Shown: positions 19,968-30,409 of the stretch, one piece after another
How positions within the stretch are numbered: position 1 is the first letter of the stretch
How the letters are laid out: every line of letters starts with the position of its first letter
Assembly (NCBI GenBank): GCA_041599135.1
Contig: JBFHXD010000002.1
Span: forward strand, 1 to 56,762
From: Candidatus Methylomirabilales bacterium
Lineage (GTDB): Bacteria > Methylomirabilota > Methylomirabilia > Methylomirabilales > CSP1-5
Reading direction: 5' to 3'
Length of the DNA stretch: 56,762 bases
The notes under the pieces: generated by a model
Seen by the model: only the letters and a program-made list of their open reading frames with translations
Told to the model about the DNA's origin: nothing
Database searches by the model: none
Translations under genes and position numbers: made by a program

Positions 19968-21056
19968 TTACGCTCCGCAATACGCGTTTACCCGCTCCGG
20001 ATCAAAGACGTCCGCGTCCAGTACTGCCTCGATGAACGCAAAGAGTTTTCGCCGGACGCCCTCGGTCAGGTGGGGATACCAGAGCGGGCTGGCCATGACC
20101 AGTCCTCGGAAGGCGAAGAAGGGGGCCGCCACCTCAAGCAGCTCTCGATCACCGCTTTTTTCCAGATACCGTTCCCAGAAGCGGTGGAAGAGCGCCCCGA
20201 GAGAATTCTCGAGACGCTCGGATCGCTGCAGGGAGAAAAACAAGTAGTTCATGGTCAAGCAGACTACATCATCCGCGGGTTCTCCCCATTCTCCCCTGGC
20301 GCGGTCGAGCACCTGGAAGTCCGTCCCCTCGCGGAACATGATATTCCACGGGTGAAAATCCCCATGCACCTGGCGCAGTCGGTGCGTGCGTTCCTTAAGT
20401 CGCCACCGCCAAGCAAGGCAGCGCTGTTCGATACGTTCCAGGAGATCCGGGGTAATGAATCCATGCCGGGACGGATAGCTATCCGTCAAGCCCATGATAC
20501 ATTCGCCGTGACCGACCAGCTCGCGAATGCGCCGGCTATACAAATCCGGATCGGTTCCGGGTACCCGGTGGATCTCAACAAGATAATCGCAGAGCGCATC
20601 GGTTCTGGCCAGATCGAGGTCGGTGAGTTTGCCGTCGTCCCGCAGCCGGGTTAGATCCCGGAAATATTCCTGCCCCTCCACGTATTCCATGAGCAGGAAG
20701 AGCTCCTCCACGTTTCCCAGAGAGAGGATACGCCCATCCTGTTCGAAGGCCGCCACGTCCAGCGAGCGGACGTGGCGCGGAAGGCGGTTGAAGGCCCAAT
20801 GGTCCCACAGCAGTGCTTGGGCCCGATCCGCCATGTGTTGATGTCCGAAGCGGCCCGGGTGTATGGTCTCGACCACAGCCCGGTGACGTTGGCCAGCCAC
20901 CTCATACTCCACCTGGATCGGCACGCCGTACCCGTATCCTTTGATGGCTGCGGCCTGAAGGGGTTCCCCGATCGGACTCAGCCCAATAACGTGTACGGGC
21001 TCCCCCAACAGGGACGCCAAGTAGGCCCCAAGGGTGTCGGGATTCAACTCGGGCAC
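19968..21056 (-). CDS. APH/choline-kinase-family phosphotransferase
   Basis: Brenner-type catalytic motif VHGDFHPWNIMF with a downstream Asp (VLDRARGEWG). 362 aa. Its stop abuts the cysC-like start. Confidence 0.75.
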   Translation of the reverse strand: MPELNPDTLGAYLASLLGEPVHVIGLSPIGEPLQAAAIKGYGYGVPIQVEYEVAGQRHRAVVETIHPGRFGHQHMADRAQALLWDHWAFNRLPRHVRSLDVAAFEQDGRILSLGNVEELFLLMEYVEGQEYFRDLTRLRDDGKLTDLDLARTDALCDYLVEIHRVPGTDPDLYSRRIRELVGHGECIMGLTDSYPSRHGFITPDLLERIEQRCLAWRWRLKERTHRLRQVHGDFHPWNIMFREGTDFQVLDRARGEWGEPADDVVCLTMNYLFFSLQRSERLENSLGALFHRFWERYLEKSGDRELLEVAAPFFAFRGLVMASPLWYPHLTEGVRRKLFAFIEAVLDADVFDPERVNAYCGA

Positions 21057-21103
21057 AAAAGTTCCCTCGTGCGAGAAGGCTGGAACGCTTCCTGCTGAAC
21101 GAT

Positions 21104-21125
21104 TCTAGCATCCTAGCGTTCTAGC
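21104..21125. repeat. CTAG-rich intergenic word; inverted copy of the element at 56541-56570
   Basis: tctagcatcctagcgttctagc. Its reverse complement gctagaacgctaggatgctaga equals 56541-56570, apart from an 8-nt tandem duplication (ggaacgct) in the latter. Confidence 0.8.
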
Positions 21126-21147
21126 TTTCCAGCATGCCGTGGAAGCC

Positions 21148-22263
21148 TCACAGACCGAAGCGGGCAGGACTGAAAGGATCAAGGGAAAGTGAAGGGGACT
21201 CACCCAGAATCATCTCAGCCACGAGCTGGCCGGTGAGAGGGCCTAGGAGAATGCCGTTACGGAAGTGGCCGGTGGCGATGTACGTACCGGTCAGATCCTG
21301 CAGCGGACCGATAATGGGAAGCCCATCCTTCGCGTGCGGGCGAAACCCGGCCCAGGCACGGGTGAAGGGCCGATCGACAAGCCCGGGGAGGAGAGTGAGT
21401 ACGAGCTCACTAAAGGCGTGAATCCCGCCGAGCGTTACCTGCTTTTCGAATCCGACGTACTCGACATTGCTCCCCACGATCAGGCCGCCATCGAGGCGGG
21501 GAACCAAGTAGCCTCCCCTTCCCCAGACTGGATGCCGCAAGGGTGGCTCCGAAAGCTCGGCGTAGAGGATCTGCCCACGGGCAGGCTCCACAGGGATCCG
21601 CCGACCCAGGAGGGTCCCGAGCTGTGCTGCCCAGGCCCCGGTGCACAAGACGACATGGGCGGACGTGTAGATCCCTTGTGGAGTCCGAACACCGGCAACT
21701 CTGTCGCCTTCATACAGGAATCCCGTCACAGGCGTCCCCTCCAGGATGCGCACGCCGAGGGCCTGGGCCGCGTGGGCCAGCCCGCGGAGGAGTTCGGTGT
21801 TGTTGACATGATGATCCCCCGGAAAGAAGAGCGCTCCCCCGATCTTCTTGGTCAGCCCTGGCTCGAGCGTACCCACCTCTTCCGGGGTCAGCCGTTCCAC
21901 GGCCAACCCGAGCGCTTTCTGCCAGCGGTACCGTCCCTCCGCAGCCTCGTCCCCTTCCTCGTCGAGGAGGTATAAAATTCCCCACCCGAGATACTCGATG
22001 TCGACCCCGGCGCGCTCCTTGAGTTTCGGCGCCAGATCCTCGTAATAGTGGCGTGCGGCAAGGCAGAAGTCGAGAAAGGGCCCTGGGCCGGCCGCCTCAC
22101 ACTGCGGCGCCAGCATCCCGGCCGCCGCCCCCGAGGCCTCGCCGCCGATCTGGCCCCGATCGAGGACAAGAACACTTTTCATGCCTTTTTCGGCCAGGTG
22201 GTAGGCGACGGAGCAGCCGACGACCCCTGCTCCAATGATGATGACATCCGCTGTGTGAGCCAT
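21148..22263 (-). CDS. FAD-dependent glycine/D-amino-acid oxidase (ThiO-like, DAO family)
   Basis: N-terminal DVIIIGAGVVGCSVAYHL dinucleotide-binding fold. 371 aa with overall DAO-like layout. Confidence 0.8.
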   Translation of the reverse strand: MAHTADVIIIGAGVVGCSVAYHLAEKGMKSVLVLDRGQIGGEASGAAAGMLAPQCEAAGPGPFLDFCLAARHYYEDLAPKLKERAGVDIEYLGWGILYLLDEEGDEAAEGRYRWQKALGLAVERLTPEEVGTLEPGLTKKIGGALFFPGDHHVNNTELLRGLAHAAQALGVRILEGTPVTGFLYEGDRVAGVRTPQGIYTSAHVVLCTGAWAAQLGTLLGRRIPVEPARGQILYAELSEPPLRHPVWGRGGYLVPRLDGGLIVGSNVEYVGFEKQVTLGGIHAFSELVLTLLPGLVDRPFTRAWAGFRPHAKDGLPIIGPLQDLTGTYIATGHFRNGILLGPLTGQLVAEMILGESPSLSLDPFSPARFGL

Positions 22264-22315
22264 GCGTTTCGTTCTCCCTTTTCAGCGGCGTCGTATCCTT
22301 CTTTCTTTCACAATC

Positions 22316-22708
22316 TCACTTCTTGGATTCGCTGCGGAGGGTTCTCTGAATAAGAGTCAGGAGCGAGCCAGATCGGAAGGGCTTGGTGACAAAATCAACC
22401 GCCCCAAGCTCCGTGGCCTTGGCGAAGGTGGCCCGGTCGGTGAAGGCCGAGAGGAAGACCACCGGCAGCGACTTGTCCTGCCGCCGGATCTCCGTCAAAA
22501 GCTCGAGACCTCCCTTTCCCGGCATGACGAGATCGGTGAGGACCAAATGGCATGGGTGCGTTTGAAGCACGGCGATGGCCTCATCGCCGTCCTCGGCCAG
22601 GTAGACTTCATATCCGGCGGCTACAAGGATACGTCGGAGATTCTCCCGCATATCCTCGTCATCCTCGACGACGAGGATCCGAGGCTGCAGACTCTCTTTC
22701 GCTTTCAT
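22316..22708 (-). CDS. Single-domain CheY-like response regulator receiver (paralogue of 432-854)
   Basis: ILVVEDDEDM, LVLTDLVMPGKGGLELL, FVTKPF. Start moved to the internal ATG (MKAKESLQPR). Confidence 0.85.
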   Translation of the reverse strand: MKAKESLQPRILVVEDDEDMRENLRRILVAAGYEVYLAEDGDEAIAVLQTHPCHLVLTDLVMPGKGGLELLTEIRRQDKSLPVVFLSAFTDRATFAKATELGAVDFVTKPFRSGSLLTLIQRTLRSESKK

Positions 22709-22840
22709 CCGGTCTGCTCCCGGGCGTCCAGTCCTTGCCCGATCGACGCTCCCCAACCGTCCATTCCCGTCGTTGCTCTCAACCCCTAGCGCTCCCTGCG
22801 CCATCCAGCCGCATTCGGGATCTCCCTGTCCGCACCCCAC

Positions 22841-24583
22841 TTAGGGAAAGGTCAACGAGAGGAATTCACCCTTCCCCACATCCACCAGCCCCCGGTCGGT
22901 CAAGCGAATCTCGGGGATCACCGGCAGGGCCAGAAATGACAGGGCTGCAAAGGGATTTGGAGCCATACACCCGAGATCGCAGGCGTTGAGCAACAGGCGC
23001 TCCAGGGCCGCCGCCACGTCGCCCGGTTTCTCCTCGCTCATGAGGCCGGCGACGGGCAGAGAGAGGGAAGCTAATATCTCGCCGCGTGCCGCGACAGCAA
23101 GCCCGCCCCCCATTGATGCCACGTGTTCGAGGGCGGTCAGGAGATCCCTGTCTTCCACACCTACCGCAATGAGGTTATGGGAATCGTGGGCCACTGAGGA
23201 GGCCAGCGCACCCTGCCGGAGGCCGAACCCCTGCACAAGGCCGAGGCCAATGTTTCCGTTTCTGCCATGCCGCTCGACGACCACGAGCTTGAGGATGTCG
23301 CGCGCGGGATCGGCACGCACCTCGCCGTCTACGACCGTCGCCTCGAGCACCAACCGGCGAGTCGTGATCTGTCCCGGCACGAGCCCAATGACCCGCACGG
23401 ACCTCGTGCGATCGGCGGAGATGCGCAAGTTCTCCGTCGAAAGCGGAGGAATCCTCACCGTGTTGAGGGTCCCAGGCTCTCGCCGCCGGGGAATCTCTCG
23501 TAGAAGCTTTCCCTCCTCCGCAACAAGGCGTCCTGCCTTAAACACCAAGAGTGGGGTGAACTCCCGGAGGTTATCTACGACGACCAGATCCGCGAGATAT
23601 CCTGGTGCCACTGCTCCGCGGTCCCGAAGTCCGAATGCTTCCGCCACATTCAGCGTCACGAGCTGCACGGCAAGGTGCGGTGAGAGCCCCATCGAGACTG
23701 CCCGTCGGAGTAGCGCATCCAGGTGACCGTGGGCAACAAGCTCGTGGGGTTCCTTATCGTCGCTGACGAGCAGACAGCGTCGTCCCGTCACTGGCGTGAC
23801 GAGGGGCAGGAGCTCGGCCAGGTTCCGAGCCTGAGATCCTTCCCGGATCATGACGCGCATCCCCAACCGGAGCTTCTCTTGTGCCTCCTCGAGCGTGGTC
23901 GACTCATGATCCGATCCGATCCCAGCGCCGAAGTATGCCATCAGGCCTTCGCCGGTGAGGCCGGGGGCGTGGCCGTTGACGAACTTGCCCCGGGACCTGG
24001 CGAGGGCAATCTTCTCTAGGATGTCCCGGCTTCCCTGAATGACGCCGGGATAATCCATCACTTCCGCCAAACCGAGGATCCGATCCTCCTCCAGCAGGGC
24101 TCCGATTGCCTCAAGGCCCAAGGAGGCCCCGGCGGTCTCGAGCCCTGTGGCAGGGACACACGATGAGGCCATGAAATAACAATCCAGGGGGAGATCCTGG
24201 CTGGCCCGCAGCATGTACCGTACCCCGTCGAGGCCAAGGACGTTCGCGACCTCGTGTGGGTCCGCGATGACTGCCGTGGTCCCGCGTGGAACGACCGCTT
24301 CGGCGAAGCCTTCGGGCGTCAGCAGCGAACTCTCGATGTGAATATGACCCTCGATAAGGCCCGGGAGGACGTATTTCCCATAGAGGTCAAACACCTCCTG
24401 CGCACGTCGGTACTGGGATCCGATTCCGACGATGCGACCCCCACCGAGCGCCACGTTGGTGGTCCTCACCTCTCCGGTGAAGACATTGAGCAGCTTCACC
24501 CCTGTCAGAAGCGTGTCCGCCTCGCGCCGCAGTCCTGCCATTTCAATGGATTTCTGCCGGTTTTCTACGTCATCCCGGATCAC
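22841..24583 (-). CDS. ade: Adenine deaminase
   Basis: Amidohydrolase metal motif GLIEGHIHIESSLLTP, with ~580 aa length typical of adenine deaminase. Confidence 0.85.
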   Translation of the reverse strand: MIRDDVENRQKSIEMAGLRREADTLLTGVKLLNVFTGEVRTTNVALGGGRIVGIGSQYRRAQEVFDLYGKYVLPGLIEGHIHIESSLLTPEGFAEAVVPRGTTAVIADPHEVANVLGLDGVRYMLRASQDLPLDCYFMASSCVPATGLETAGASLGLEAIGALLEEDRILGLAEVMDYPGVIQGSRDILEKIALARSRGKFVNGHAPGLTGEGLMAYFGAGIGSDHESTTLEEAQEKLRLGMRVMIREGSQARNLAELLPLVTPVTGRRCLLVSDDKEPHELVAHGHLDALLRRAVSMGLSPHLAVQLVTLNVAEAFGLRDRGAVAPGYLADLVVVDNLREFTPLLVFKAGRLVAEEGKLLREIPRRREPGTLNTVRIPPLSTENLRISADRTRSVRVIGLVPGQITTRRLVLEATVVDGEVRADPARDILKLVVVERHGRNGNIGLGLVQGFGLRQGALASSVAHDSHNLIAVGVEDRDLLTALEHVASMGGGLAVAARGEILASLSLPVAGLMSEEKPGDVAAALERLLLNACDLGCMAPNPFAALSFLALPVIPEIRLTDRGLVDVGKGEFLSLTFP

Positions 24584-25112
24584 GATGCTCTACCCCTTCG
24601 ACGCGATAGATATCCGGCAGATGCCGGTATTGCTCGGCAAAGTCGATGCCGTATCCCACGATGAAACCGCGAGGGACGGTAAAGCCCACGTACTCCACCG
24701 GCACCTGGGCGAGACGCCGCTCTCGCTTATCAATGAGGGTGCAGACCTTGATCGACCGGGCTCCTCGCCCTTCGAGCGCATTCCGTATAGCCTGGAGTGT
24801 GATCCCCGTATCCTCGATATCCTCCACGAGCAGGACATCCCGCCCCACAATGGGAAGCTGGAGGTCCTTCGTGACAGTCACCTGCCCAGAAGTTTCTGCC
24901 CGGGAGCCGTAACTGGCTGCACCGATGAAGTCCACCGCCGCCGGGATGGTGAGTTGTCGGATCAGGTCAGCCATAAAGACGAACGCGCCGCGGAGGATCC
25001 CGACGAGGACGAGATCCTTCCCGGCGTAATCGGCACTGATGGCTTCGGCCAGCTCCCGGACCCGTTGCGCGATTTCCTCCCGGGAATACAGGAGCACAAG
25101 CTGCTCCGTCAT
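24570..25112 (-). CDS. hpt: Hypoxanthine(-guanine) phosphoribosyltransferase
   Basis: C-terminal 180 aa of track ORF 24570-25919, from MTEQLVLLYSREEI. PRPP loop VLLVEDIEDTGITL. 14-nt overlap with ade. Confidence 0.9.
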   Translation of the reverse strand: MTEQLVLLYSREEIAQRVRELAEAISADYAGKDLVLVGILRGAFVFMADLIRQLTIPAAVDFIGAASYGSRAETSGQVTVTKDLQLPIVGRDVLLVEDIEDTGITLQAIRNALEGRGARSIKVCTLIDKRERRLAQVPVEYVGFTVPRGFIVGYGIDFAEQYRHLPDIYRVEGVEHRDPG

Positions 25113-25518
25113 GGCCGTTGTACCCAAACGTATCCTCCTGCATCCGAGACCGGTGGCAAAAAACCCAGACGGCGCTCCCCCACCTCCTCCTCCCCCGGAC
25201 CTGTCAACGCACCGAGAGCAACCTTGGTGCCACGAGGAGGAGGGGGTCATAAGTACTTGTAATTTCTTGAATTTGAAGAGGAAGAGACGATCTCCGCGCT
25301 CCCCGGGACGCTTGGATGGAGCTGGGCTCTGGGACCTGGCCGCCCCACAGAAGAAGGGCGATTTCTTGTAAGTCTTCATATTTTCACGGAATAGTGCTGG
25401 GACGTTGATGTCCCAAACAGATGGCCCTGCCCCGACGATGTTCGATCTGATCTCGCCGCCATGGCGACACACGAGGTTTCTGTACTGCACATCTTCCTGG
25501 GTGGGGTGTGAGGAGAGT

Positions 25519-27477
25519 TTAGTCGGCACCGGTGGGGGGAATTGGCCTACCCCCAAGGACAGGCAGGTGGAAGTCAAATCGCTCGCTGAGATAGCCGAGA
25601 CCAAACAGGACGGCCCCGATAGCATCCGTCGTTGGATCGGGATGGAGCAGGAAGAGACCGCCTGCGATGTAGAGGATGCGCTCCAACGGCGTCGATGATT
25701 TTCGCAAGAAGCCCATGACCCCCGCCTCGATGGCGAACATCGCCGCAATCGCGGCGAGGGACACCCACAGAATTTTCGACCAGCTCCCCACGAAGAGGAG
25801 CGACGGATTGTAGATGAAATAGAACGGGATGATGTATCCGCCGATGCCGAGGCGCATTGCGTCCCACGCCGTGCGCAGCCAACTCCCGCCGGAGATGGCG
25901 GTTGCAGTGAAGACTGCAATGCACACCGGCGGGGTCAGTCCCGACTTGATCGCGAAATAAAAGATGAACAAGTGACCGGCCAATGTCGGGACCCCCAGAC
26001 CGGCAAGGGCCGGGCCCAGGACCGCGGCCGCGATGACGTAGGCGGCCGTCGTCGTCATCCCCATGCCCAGGATGATGGCGGTCCCCATCGTGGCGAGCAG
26101 GGCCAGCATGATGCTGGTCCCCGCGAGGCTGATGATGAGCTCAGACACCGTGACCCCGAAGCCCGTGAGGGAGATCATGGTCACGGCCATCTGGACGCAG
26201 CTCATCATCACCATGAGCCAGGCGAGCGCCGTGAGCACCGCATCGTAATAGCCCCGGGCAATGATCCTGATCCGGTGCCAGACCTCTTTCGGGCTCCAGG
26301 ATCCGATGAGGAGAAACACCCCCATGGCGGCCATGATGGCCCAGCCGGCCGCGTACTGCGCAGGAAAGAGCCGGAAGAGGAAGTAGATCAGCAGGCCGAC
26401 CGGGACCACGAAGACCAGAATCTGGCGCGGCGCAAAGACCTCCCGCAACGAAGGGAGGTCCTCAGCGCCCAACTTGCCAATGTGCCGTCTGCCCGCTTCG
26501 ACCCACACCCCTGCCATGATCCCGGAGAAATAGACCAATGCGGGGATGATCGCGGCGACCATCACCTTCACGTACGGCAGGCCGAGCATCTCGGCCATGA
26601 CAAACGCTCCCGCCCCCATGATGGGCGGCATAATCTGTCCCCCCGAAGAGGCCGAGGCCTCCACCGCCGCCGCCATCTCTTTGGGAAACCCGAGGCGCTT
26701 CATGGTCGGAATGGTGAAGGCCCCGGTGGTCGCCACGTTCGCCACGGAGGATCCGGAGAGCATGCCGAAGAAGGCGCTGGAGATCACGGCAATATGTCCC
26801 GCGCCTCCCCGGAGGCGTCCTCCACTGACCTTGGCCAGATCCATGAACGTCTTGCCCACGCCGCAGGCGAAGAGCACCGGGCCGAAGATGACGAAGGGGG
26901 CGATCAGCCGGCTGGTCAGGTCGGTGAGGAGGCCCCAGATCCCCTCGGTCATGAGATAAAACTGATAAAAGATCTCCTCGACACCGAAGCCGGCGTGGCC
27001 GAACCGGCCCGGAATCCATGGGCCCACGAAGCCGTAGACAATGAAGGCCAACACCAGCAGGGGGATCGCGAGCCCCAGGGACCGGCGCGTCCCTTCGAGC
27101 AAGGACGCCGCCAGGATGATACTGAACCCGATGTGTATCGTCTCGTAATAGCCCGGCATGCGCACCAGGGCTTCCCACTGGAACATCAAGTAGATGCACG
27201 GGACGAGACTGACCACGGCAATCACGAGGTCCAGGAGGCCGGGCCCGTGCCGAGAACCGAGTAGAAAACAAAAGGCGCGAGAAGGAGACTCCCGCGTGAG
27301 GACGATGGAGTGGATGGGATAGGCGATGTAGACGAGGGCTAGGCCGAAGGCGAGAGAGATGGAGCCCTGCAGGACCGGATGCCAGGCGACGGTGAGGGCC
27401 GTGTAAAGCAGAAAAGTGCTCCACACTCCCACGAGAACGCTAGCGATAACTTTCCAGACACCCGTCAGCTCGCGCAC
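25519..27477 (-). CDS. TAXI-type TRAP transporter, fused small/large permease
   Basis: 652-aa polytopic membrane protein adjacent to a TAXI solute receptor. Composition and length fit the fused 4TM/12TM permease. Confidence 0.8.
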   Translation of the reverse strand: MRELTGVWKVIASVLVGVWSTFLLYTALTVAWHPVLQGSISLAFGLALVYIAYPIHSIVLTRESPSRAFCFLLGSRHGPGLLDLVIAVVSLVPCIYLMFQWEALVRMPGYYETIHIGFSIILAASLLEGTRRSLGLAIPLLVLAFIVYGFVGPWIPGRFGHAGFGVEEIFYQFYLMTEGIWGLLTDLTSRLIAPFVIFGPVLFACGVGKTFMDLAKVSGGRLRGGAGHIAVISSAFFGMLSGSSVANVATTGAFTIPTMKRLGFPKEMAAAVEASASSGGQIMPPIMGAGAFVMAEMLGLPYVKVMVAAIIPALVYFSGIMAGVWVEAGRRHIGKLGAEDLPSLREVFAPRQILVFVVPVGLLIYFLFRLFPAQYAAGWAIMAAMGVFLLIGSWSPKEVWHRIRIIARGYYDAVLTALAWLMVMMSCVQMAVTMISLTGFGVTVSELIISLAGTSIMLALLATMGTAIILGMGMTTTAAYVIAAAVLGPALAGLGVPTLAGHLFIFYFAIKSGLTPPVCIAVFTATAISGGSWLRTAWDAMRLGIGGYIIPFYFIYNPSLLFVGSWSKILWVSLAAIAAMFAIEAGVMGFLRKSSTPLERILYIAGGLFLLHPDPTTDAIGAVLFGLGYLSERFDFHLPVLGGRPIPPTGAD

Positions 27478-27516
27478 TACTCCACCGTCCCTATCTATCT
27501 ATTCTTTCTCCGGCGA

Positions 27517-27897
27517 TCACTTGGTCACGATCAAGGGATGCGTGGCCACGCTTCCGTGGTCGCCCGCCGCCTCAATCGTAAACTCGCCGACCGGCGCGAC
27601 CGCAGGAATGCCAGTCTCCACGCTGAAAGCGCCGGAATCATCGGCTATAATGGCATCAACTTTCTCTGTGCCAAGACCGTGTATGATCCCGGGTCCCGTC
27701 TCGAGGGTGACCTCCACCACCTCGCCGGGTTTAAAGCCCGAGCCGCTGATGGTGATGACCGTTTTCGGTTTCCCCTTGCTCGGATCCACGACCAACGCGG
27801 CGGCCTTCCCCGTAGAGGCACAGGCGGCCATGAGGCCCAGCGCGAGTGCTACCACCATTAGGATAGAAACCCCATACCTGCTTAGTCGATTCCCCAT
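27517..27897 (-). CDS. Small secreted protein/lipoprotein, Ig-like fold suspected
   Basis: Signal sequence with LMAAC (lipobox-like). Beta-rich mature part (TISGSGFKPGEVVEVTL). Sits between the TRAP receptor and permease genes. Confidence 0.55.
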   Translation of the reverse strand: MGNRLSRYGVSILMVVALALGLMAACASTGKAAALVVDPSKGKPKTVITISGSGFKPGEVVEVTLETGPGIIHGLGTEKVDAIIADDSGAFSVETGIPAVAPVGEFTIEAAGDHGSVATHPLIVTK

Positions 27898-27985
27898 GGG
27901 ATTTTTCCTCCCTCTTCACAAAGCAGCGTCGTCGTCCAGCGATGCGCCGAACCGCTGTACCATTTCACAGGACACCGGCTACGCC

Positions 27986-28978
27986 TTACATCTCAGGCGG
28001 GCGCAGGTGAGCCGGGACCTTGACCTTGAGCACTTCTTCGTAAAACTTGACCGCGCCCCGATGGAAGGGGACGTCCAGTCCGTGTTTCACCGCGTTGCCG
28101 AAGAGATCGTCAAAGTTGCCGGCCTGCAGGGTTTTCAGGGGTTCAACAATATTCGTCCGGTCCTCCCAGACGGCCTTGACGATCTTGAAGATCACGTCGT
28201 CGGGGACGTCCTTGCGCACAAAATCGGTGATCACATAGGCAAAGCTGAGCTGATTTTTCTCGACCGCCTTGAACAGGCCCGCCGGGATGGTCAAACTCTT
28301 GCCGTGGCCGGGGAATTTCTCGTTCATTTTCTTGACTTCTTCAGGTGTCACCGGGATGATGTTGATATCCAAGGCCGATTCGACGTCGAGGACCGCTGCA
28401 TCCTTGTACCCCGCCTTGAACCACCCCTGGACGACGCCGGACTTCAGGGCGTCCGGACTGGCCCCCAGCCCCAACAATTTGTAATCAGGCTTGATATTCA
28501 GGGCTTCGAAGAAGAACTCGATGAGCCGGCCCGAGGTCGTCCCAGGGTTCAAGGCGAACGGCAACCCGGTGATGCCCTGCAGCGTGGTCACCCCGCTCTT
28601 CTTGGTGGTGAGGATGTGAATGGGGGTGATGTACCCGCCCCAGAGGGCCCTCAGGTCTTTGTTGGGCCTTCCCTCAAAATCGAGAATCCCCTTGTAGCTG
28701 GCAAAACCGGCGCTGGCATCCGCCGGCCCCATGTGAATGGTCCCCCGTTGCAGGCGGACCAGGTTCTCCACGTAGCCGCCGGTCTCCACAACCGTGATCT
28801 GGATCTCGCCCGGATAGGCGCGATTGACCGCCCCCGCCATGGCCACGGTATTGGCGTAGAGGCCGGACCGGACGCTCGTCGATCCCCATTTCAAGCGGTG
28901 AGCGCCGTCGGCCGTCCCGACGACGCCTAGGGAGAGAACCAAAACGAAGAGTATCCACCCGAAACGTTTACCGGACAT
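27986..28978 (-). CDS. TRAP transporter solute receptor, TAXI family
   Basis: Signal peptide. ~330 aa periplasmic binding protein with TAXI/NMT1-like features (YANTVAMAGAVNRAYPGEIQITVVETGG). Confidence 0.8.
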   Translation of the reverse strand: MSGKRFGWILFVLVLSLGVVGTADGAHRLKWGSTSVRSGLYANTVAMAGAVNRAYPGEIQITVVETGGYVENLVRLQRGTIHMGPADASAGFASYKGILDFEGRPNKDLRALWGGYITPIHILTTKKSGVTTLQGITGLPFALNPGTTSGRLIEFFFEALNIKPDYKLLGLGASPDALKSGVVQGWFKAGYKDAAVLDVESALDINIIPVTPEEVKKMNEKFPGHGKSLTIPAGLFKAVEKNQLSFAYVITDFVRKDVPDDVIFKIVKAVWEDRTNIVEPLKTLQAGNFDDLFGNAVKHGLDVPFHRGAVKFYEEVLKVKVPAHLRPPEM

Positions 28979-29073
28979 ATGTCACCTCCTGTCCTGATAG
29001 AAATGCGAAAGAGAGTGGGAGCTTCTGCGACAGCTTCACATCTGCGCTGGGGTGAGAAGCCGAGCTGGTGGGG

Positions 29074-29238
29074 CTAAGATCCAGGCAGGATTTTCTTGCC
29101 GCATCGAACGCAGATGTACTGCTTGGCTTCTGCCTCTTCGGCGAATATAGGGTCTATGAAACCCCTCCGTATCGTGATCTCTTCCGCTGCCTTCATACAG
29201 TCTCGGCAAACGGCATCCTTATCAATCCAGACTCCCAC
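29074..29238 (-). CDS. Possible small zinc-ribbon protein (54 aa, GTG start)
   Basis: Hand translation: VGVWIDKDAVCRDCMKAAEEITIRRGFIDPIFAEEAEAKQYICVRCGKKILPGS*. Two CxxC pairs. Below the track's size cut-off, and the start is uncertain. Confidence 0.3.
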   Translation of the reverse strand: MGVWIDKDAVCRDCMKAAEEITIRRGFIDPIFAEEAEAKQYICVRCGKKILPGS

Positions 29239-29413
29239 TGGCGGTTTTCTATCTTCGCGTCTATAAATGGAGCGCTAGTCCAATGTTGACCCTCTGCAGG
29301 TGCTTATTCTTTCATCACCTGTAATGCTCCTCCCTTTCGCCCTGACTCCACAATTGCCCATCATTGGTTACTCGTCGGTCAGCACTTCTCCTAAAACCTC
29401 CGTGCGGTCGCCT

Positions 29414-30409
<996 letters not shown>

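Noticed and set aside
25113-25919. N-terminal 269 aa of the 449-aa ORF 24570-25919
   Set aside because: Only the C-terminal 180 aa (from MTEQLVLL) match Hpt. The upstream part is Arg/Ser/Pro-rich, overlaps the TRAP permease 3' end, and lacks an RBS.
25972-27424. Long alternative-frame or antisense ORFs (25972-27264 plus strand; 26462-27424 minus strand)
   Set aside because: Both lie inside the TRAP permease gene. Their translations are charged and low-complexity, while the 25519-27477 frame is a coherent polytopic membrane protein.
27416-28930. 504-aa plus-strand ORF
   Set aside because: It is antisense to the TAXI receptor and the small lipoprotein gene, with no recognisable domain.
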